Shown here piece by piece: positions 61,345 to 64,000 of a stretch of DNA of 64,000 nucleotides. A program made the translations under genes and the position numbers. The stretch is from Stegostoma tigrinum (lineage: Eukaryota): positions 9,043,628 to 9,107,627 of the forward strand of contig NC_081396.1 in assembly GCF_030684315.1 (NCBI RefSeq), read 5' to 3'. Every line of letters begins with the position of its first letter. Positions within the stretch are counted from its first letter, which is position 1. A model generated the notes under the pieces. The model ran no database searches. It saw only the letters and a program-made list of their open reading frames with translations, and was not told the DNA's origin.

Positions 61345-63075
61345 TTCTGCCATTTCTGTTCCCAAGTTGCCCATCTGTCCGTGTACATTTGTTTCCCTTC
61401 TCATTTGCTGGCACAATCAGCAACTCCACCAGTCTTTGAGTCATCAGTAAATTTGCTTGTCAGACCAGGCACATTTTCTGCCAGATCATTTGTATCTAAT
61501 ACAAACAAAAAAAAACCTCGGATCGATCGCTTTGAAACTCCACTCGACACTGATCTCCACTTGGAAAAACATCCTTCAACCACTAGCCTCTGTCTTCTGT
61601 GACCAAGCCAGGTTTTGTCCATCTAGCTAGGCCACCCCGAATCCCTTGTGACTTTCGGTTTATAAAATGCCTTACTAAAGTCCATATCAACTAAATCCAC
61701 AGCCCTTCCCTCATCAATTATCCTTGTTACCTCTTCAAAAAAATTCAATCAGGTTGGTGAAACATAACCTTCCCTGCACAAAGCCATTCTGCCTGTCAGT
61801 CACTCGTCCATTTTCCTCCAAATGCACAGATATCATATCCCTCAGTATCTTCTTCGAGAGCTTCCTCACCACAGAGGTCATGCTGACTGGCCTATAGTTT
61901 CCTGAATTATCCCTGTTTCGTTTCTGAAATAAGGGAACAGCATTTGCTAATTTTCAACCCTCTGGATCTTCATGTGTCATTAACGAGGATGTGAAGGCAT
62001 CTGCCAATGCCCCAGGTACCTCCTCCCTTGCCTCTCTGGGGAATGCATGATAGGTCCCTTCTAGTCCTGGGGACCTGTCTATATTAATGAAAGTTAGAAT
62101 TCCCAAAACTTCCTTTTCAATATGTTGGCATTTTCGAGAGTATTCATACTCATCCCTGACCTCAACATTAGTCATGGACTTCTCCTTGATGTAAACCGAT
62201 ACAAAGTACTCATTCAGGATCTCCCCCACTACCTGTGTTTCTAAGTTTTGACATCCCTCCTTCAACGTTGAGTAGGCTTACTATTTTCTTTGTTACACCC
62301 TTTCTCCTAACTCATGCATAAAGAAACATTGTGATTCTCCATGACCCTGGTTTCTAAAGACATTTTATGGCCACTTTATTCTTTCCTAATTGTGCATTTA
62401 AGTTCCCTCTGTACTCCTCCAGGACTTTGTCAGTTTGTTGCTGCCTGGACTTTATCGCAAGCTTCCATTTTTCTTTTGACTAACCTTAAAATTTCCCTTG
62501 TAATTCATGGTTCCTGAATCCTGCCCTTCCTTATCCAAAGTTTTGCCGGGATGCTCATTTCCTGCACTTAAGTCAATTGGTCTTTAAAAGCCTCCCACAT
62601 GCAAGAGGTAGATTGGCCTTCAAATAACTGCCTCCAATCCACATTCTCCAGTTCGTATCAAATTTGGGTGTAATTGGCTCTTGCCCAATTATGCAGCTTC
62701 ACCCGAGGGCCACATGTGTCCTTTTCCATGACTTCTCTAAATCTTACGGAGTTATGGTCGCTAAGCTTGAAATGCTCCTGAAGTATCAATCACCTGTCCT
62801 GACTCATTCCCGAGGACCCAGTCTAATATGACCACCTTTCTAGTTGGATTGTCAACATAGTGCCTCAAATAGGCCTCCTGGACGGAACTAACAAATTGGT
62901 CTCAATCTGAGCCCCTGGTTCGAATGGATTCCCAGTCAATAAAGGGACAGTTGAAATAATTGACTGCTACTTGGCTCTTTTCACAAGTTTCCAGTATCTG
63001 GCTATACATCTGTTCGTCTGTCTCCCATGGGCCATTGGTCGGTCTGTGGAAAACAATGGGGCAAATTAGGTACAA
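61345..63075 (-). mobile_element. Degraded CR1, paralog of the GPCR2-intron CR1 (40046-42440)
   Basis: Collinear similarity starting at TTCTGCCATTTCTGTTCC. Confidence 0.88.
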
Positions 63076-63124
63076 GGAGGAAATAATTAGAAATGGTAGG
63101 CATAGCTCAGCAACTGGAGTGGAC

Positions 63125-63410
63125 AGTGAATCAGTGATTAGCAGTGCTGCCTCATGATGCCAGGATATCGGGCCTGACTCAACCCTTGGACGACTGTCTG
63201 TGTGGAGTCTGCACATTCTCTCCATGTCTGAGTGGGATTCGTCTGGGTACCCCAGTTTCCTCCCAAAGGTCAAAAGTGTGTAGGTGAGGCGGTTTAATCG
63301 TGTGGAATGCAGGGTCACAAGGAAAATGTCGTCGATCTTGATGGGATGTTCTTTGGAGATTCAGTGTGCACTTGATGGGCTGAATGGTCACTTCTGCATG
63401 AGTGAAATTC
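63125..63410 (+). mobile_element. HE1-type SINE (degraded)
   Basis: GACTGTCTGTGTGGAGTCTGCACATTCTC core. Confidence 0.75.
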
Positions 63411-64000
63411 TATGAACTGAATGACCACTCTGACTCGGTGTTCAGGAATTAGAACATTTCTAATATATCTGTGAAGAAAGACCTTCTTAAGGCCAAGAAA
63501 TTGGAGAAGCCAAAAAAGGAATAATTAAATGATTGGTACTGTCCAAATAATTATCATCCAGCCATAACGGATACCTCTTGCGTTGATGAGTAGAAGCAAG
63601 TGTAGAAATATGAGATTGTAGGCACAATTTTTTCAATGTTCCTTCAATGCTGGTATCATGACAAACGAATGAATGGTTCACTGTGTTACACCTCTGAAAG
63701 TTAAAGGTAATAAACCAAGCAATCATACATCAGTCACCAAATGTCACTCTTGGTGGGTGGACGGGGCAACAGTAGAAATCATTATCTGTGATAGAAATAA
63801 TTTTCACTTGGAGATAGTAAATGACAGTCTGTATAGCTTTGTTAAAGACAAAACCTGGCAAACATGATTGAATTGATGATTAGGTGAATAATGAAGGTAG
63901 TCCTGTTGATGTTAAAAATGTAGATTTAATAAGATGTCCCATTCCATTCTGATATGTTAGCAAACTTAAATCCCATTGGATTAAATATCCCTGGCAGTCA

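Larger units (their letters stand above)
49378..63075. repeat. Segmental duplication copy 2 (V2 plus GPCR locus lacking exon 2)
   Basis: Collinear with 23280-42440; lacks the homologs of 26319-30927 and 37708-40045. Confidence 0.92.

Overview
Repeat-rich, AT-rich vertebrate DNA, almost certainly from a shark (HE1-type tRNA-derived SINEs, abundant CR1 LINEs, Penelope-like and Rex1/Babar elements). All host genes lie on the minus strand. There are two intact two-exon class A GPCR genes of the GPR139/GPR142-like type (CDS 15445-15376 + 13829-12913, 328 aa; 47576-47507 + 38995-38091, 324 aa). They alternate with two T-cell-receptor alpha/delta-type V segments, each with a leader exon, a V exon and a 23-bp-spacer RSS (V1 35105-34267, degenerate; V2 57026-56168, apparently intact). 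A V segment and a GPCR gene were duplicated together as one tandem cassette (about 23.3-49.4 kb, repeated from about 49.4 kb), and the second copy has lost the GPCR coding exon through a ~2.3-kb deletion. In both V segments the reading frame continues through the RSS and encodes a J-like G-strand (LGTGT(K/N)T(V/I)SS) before a stop codon. Most of the remaining sequence is nested transposon debris. It includes a young Penelope element with a TSD and several short or palindromic Penelope-derived elements with minimal hammerhead-ribozyme motifs. There is also a tRNA-Ser pseudogene. Identities and repeat boundaries are by-eye estimates; no searches were run.
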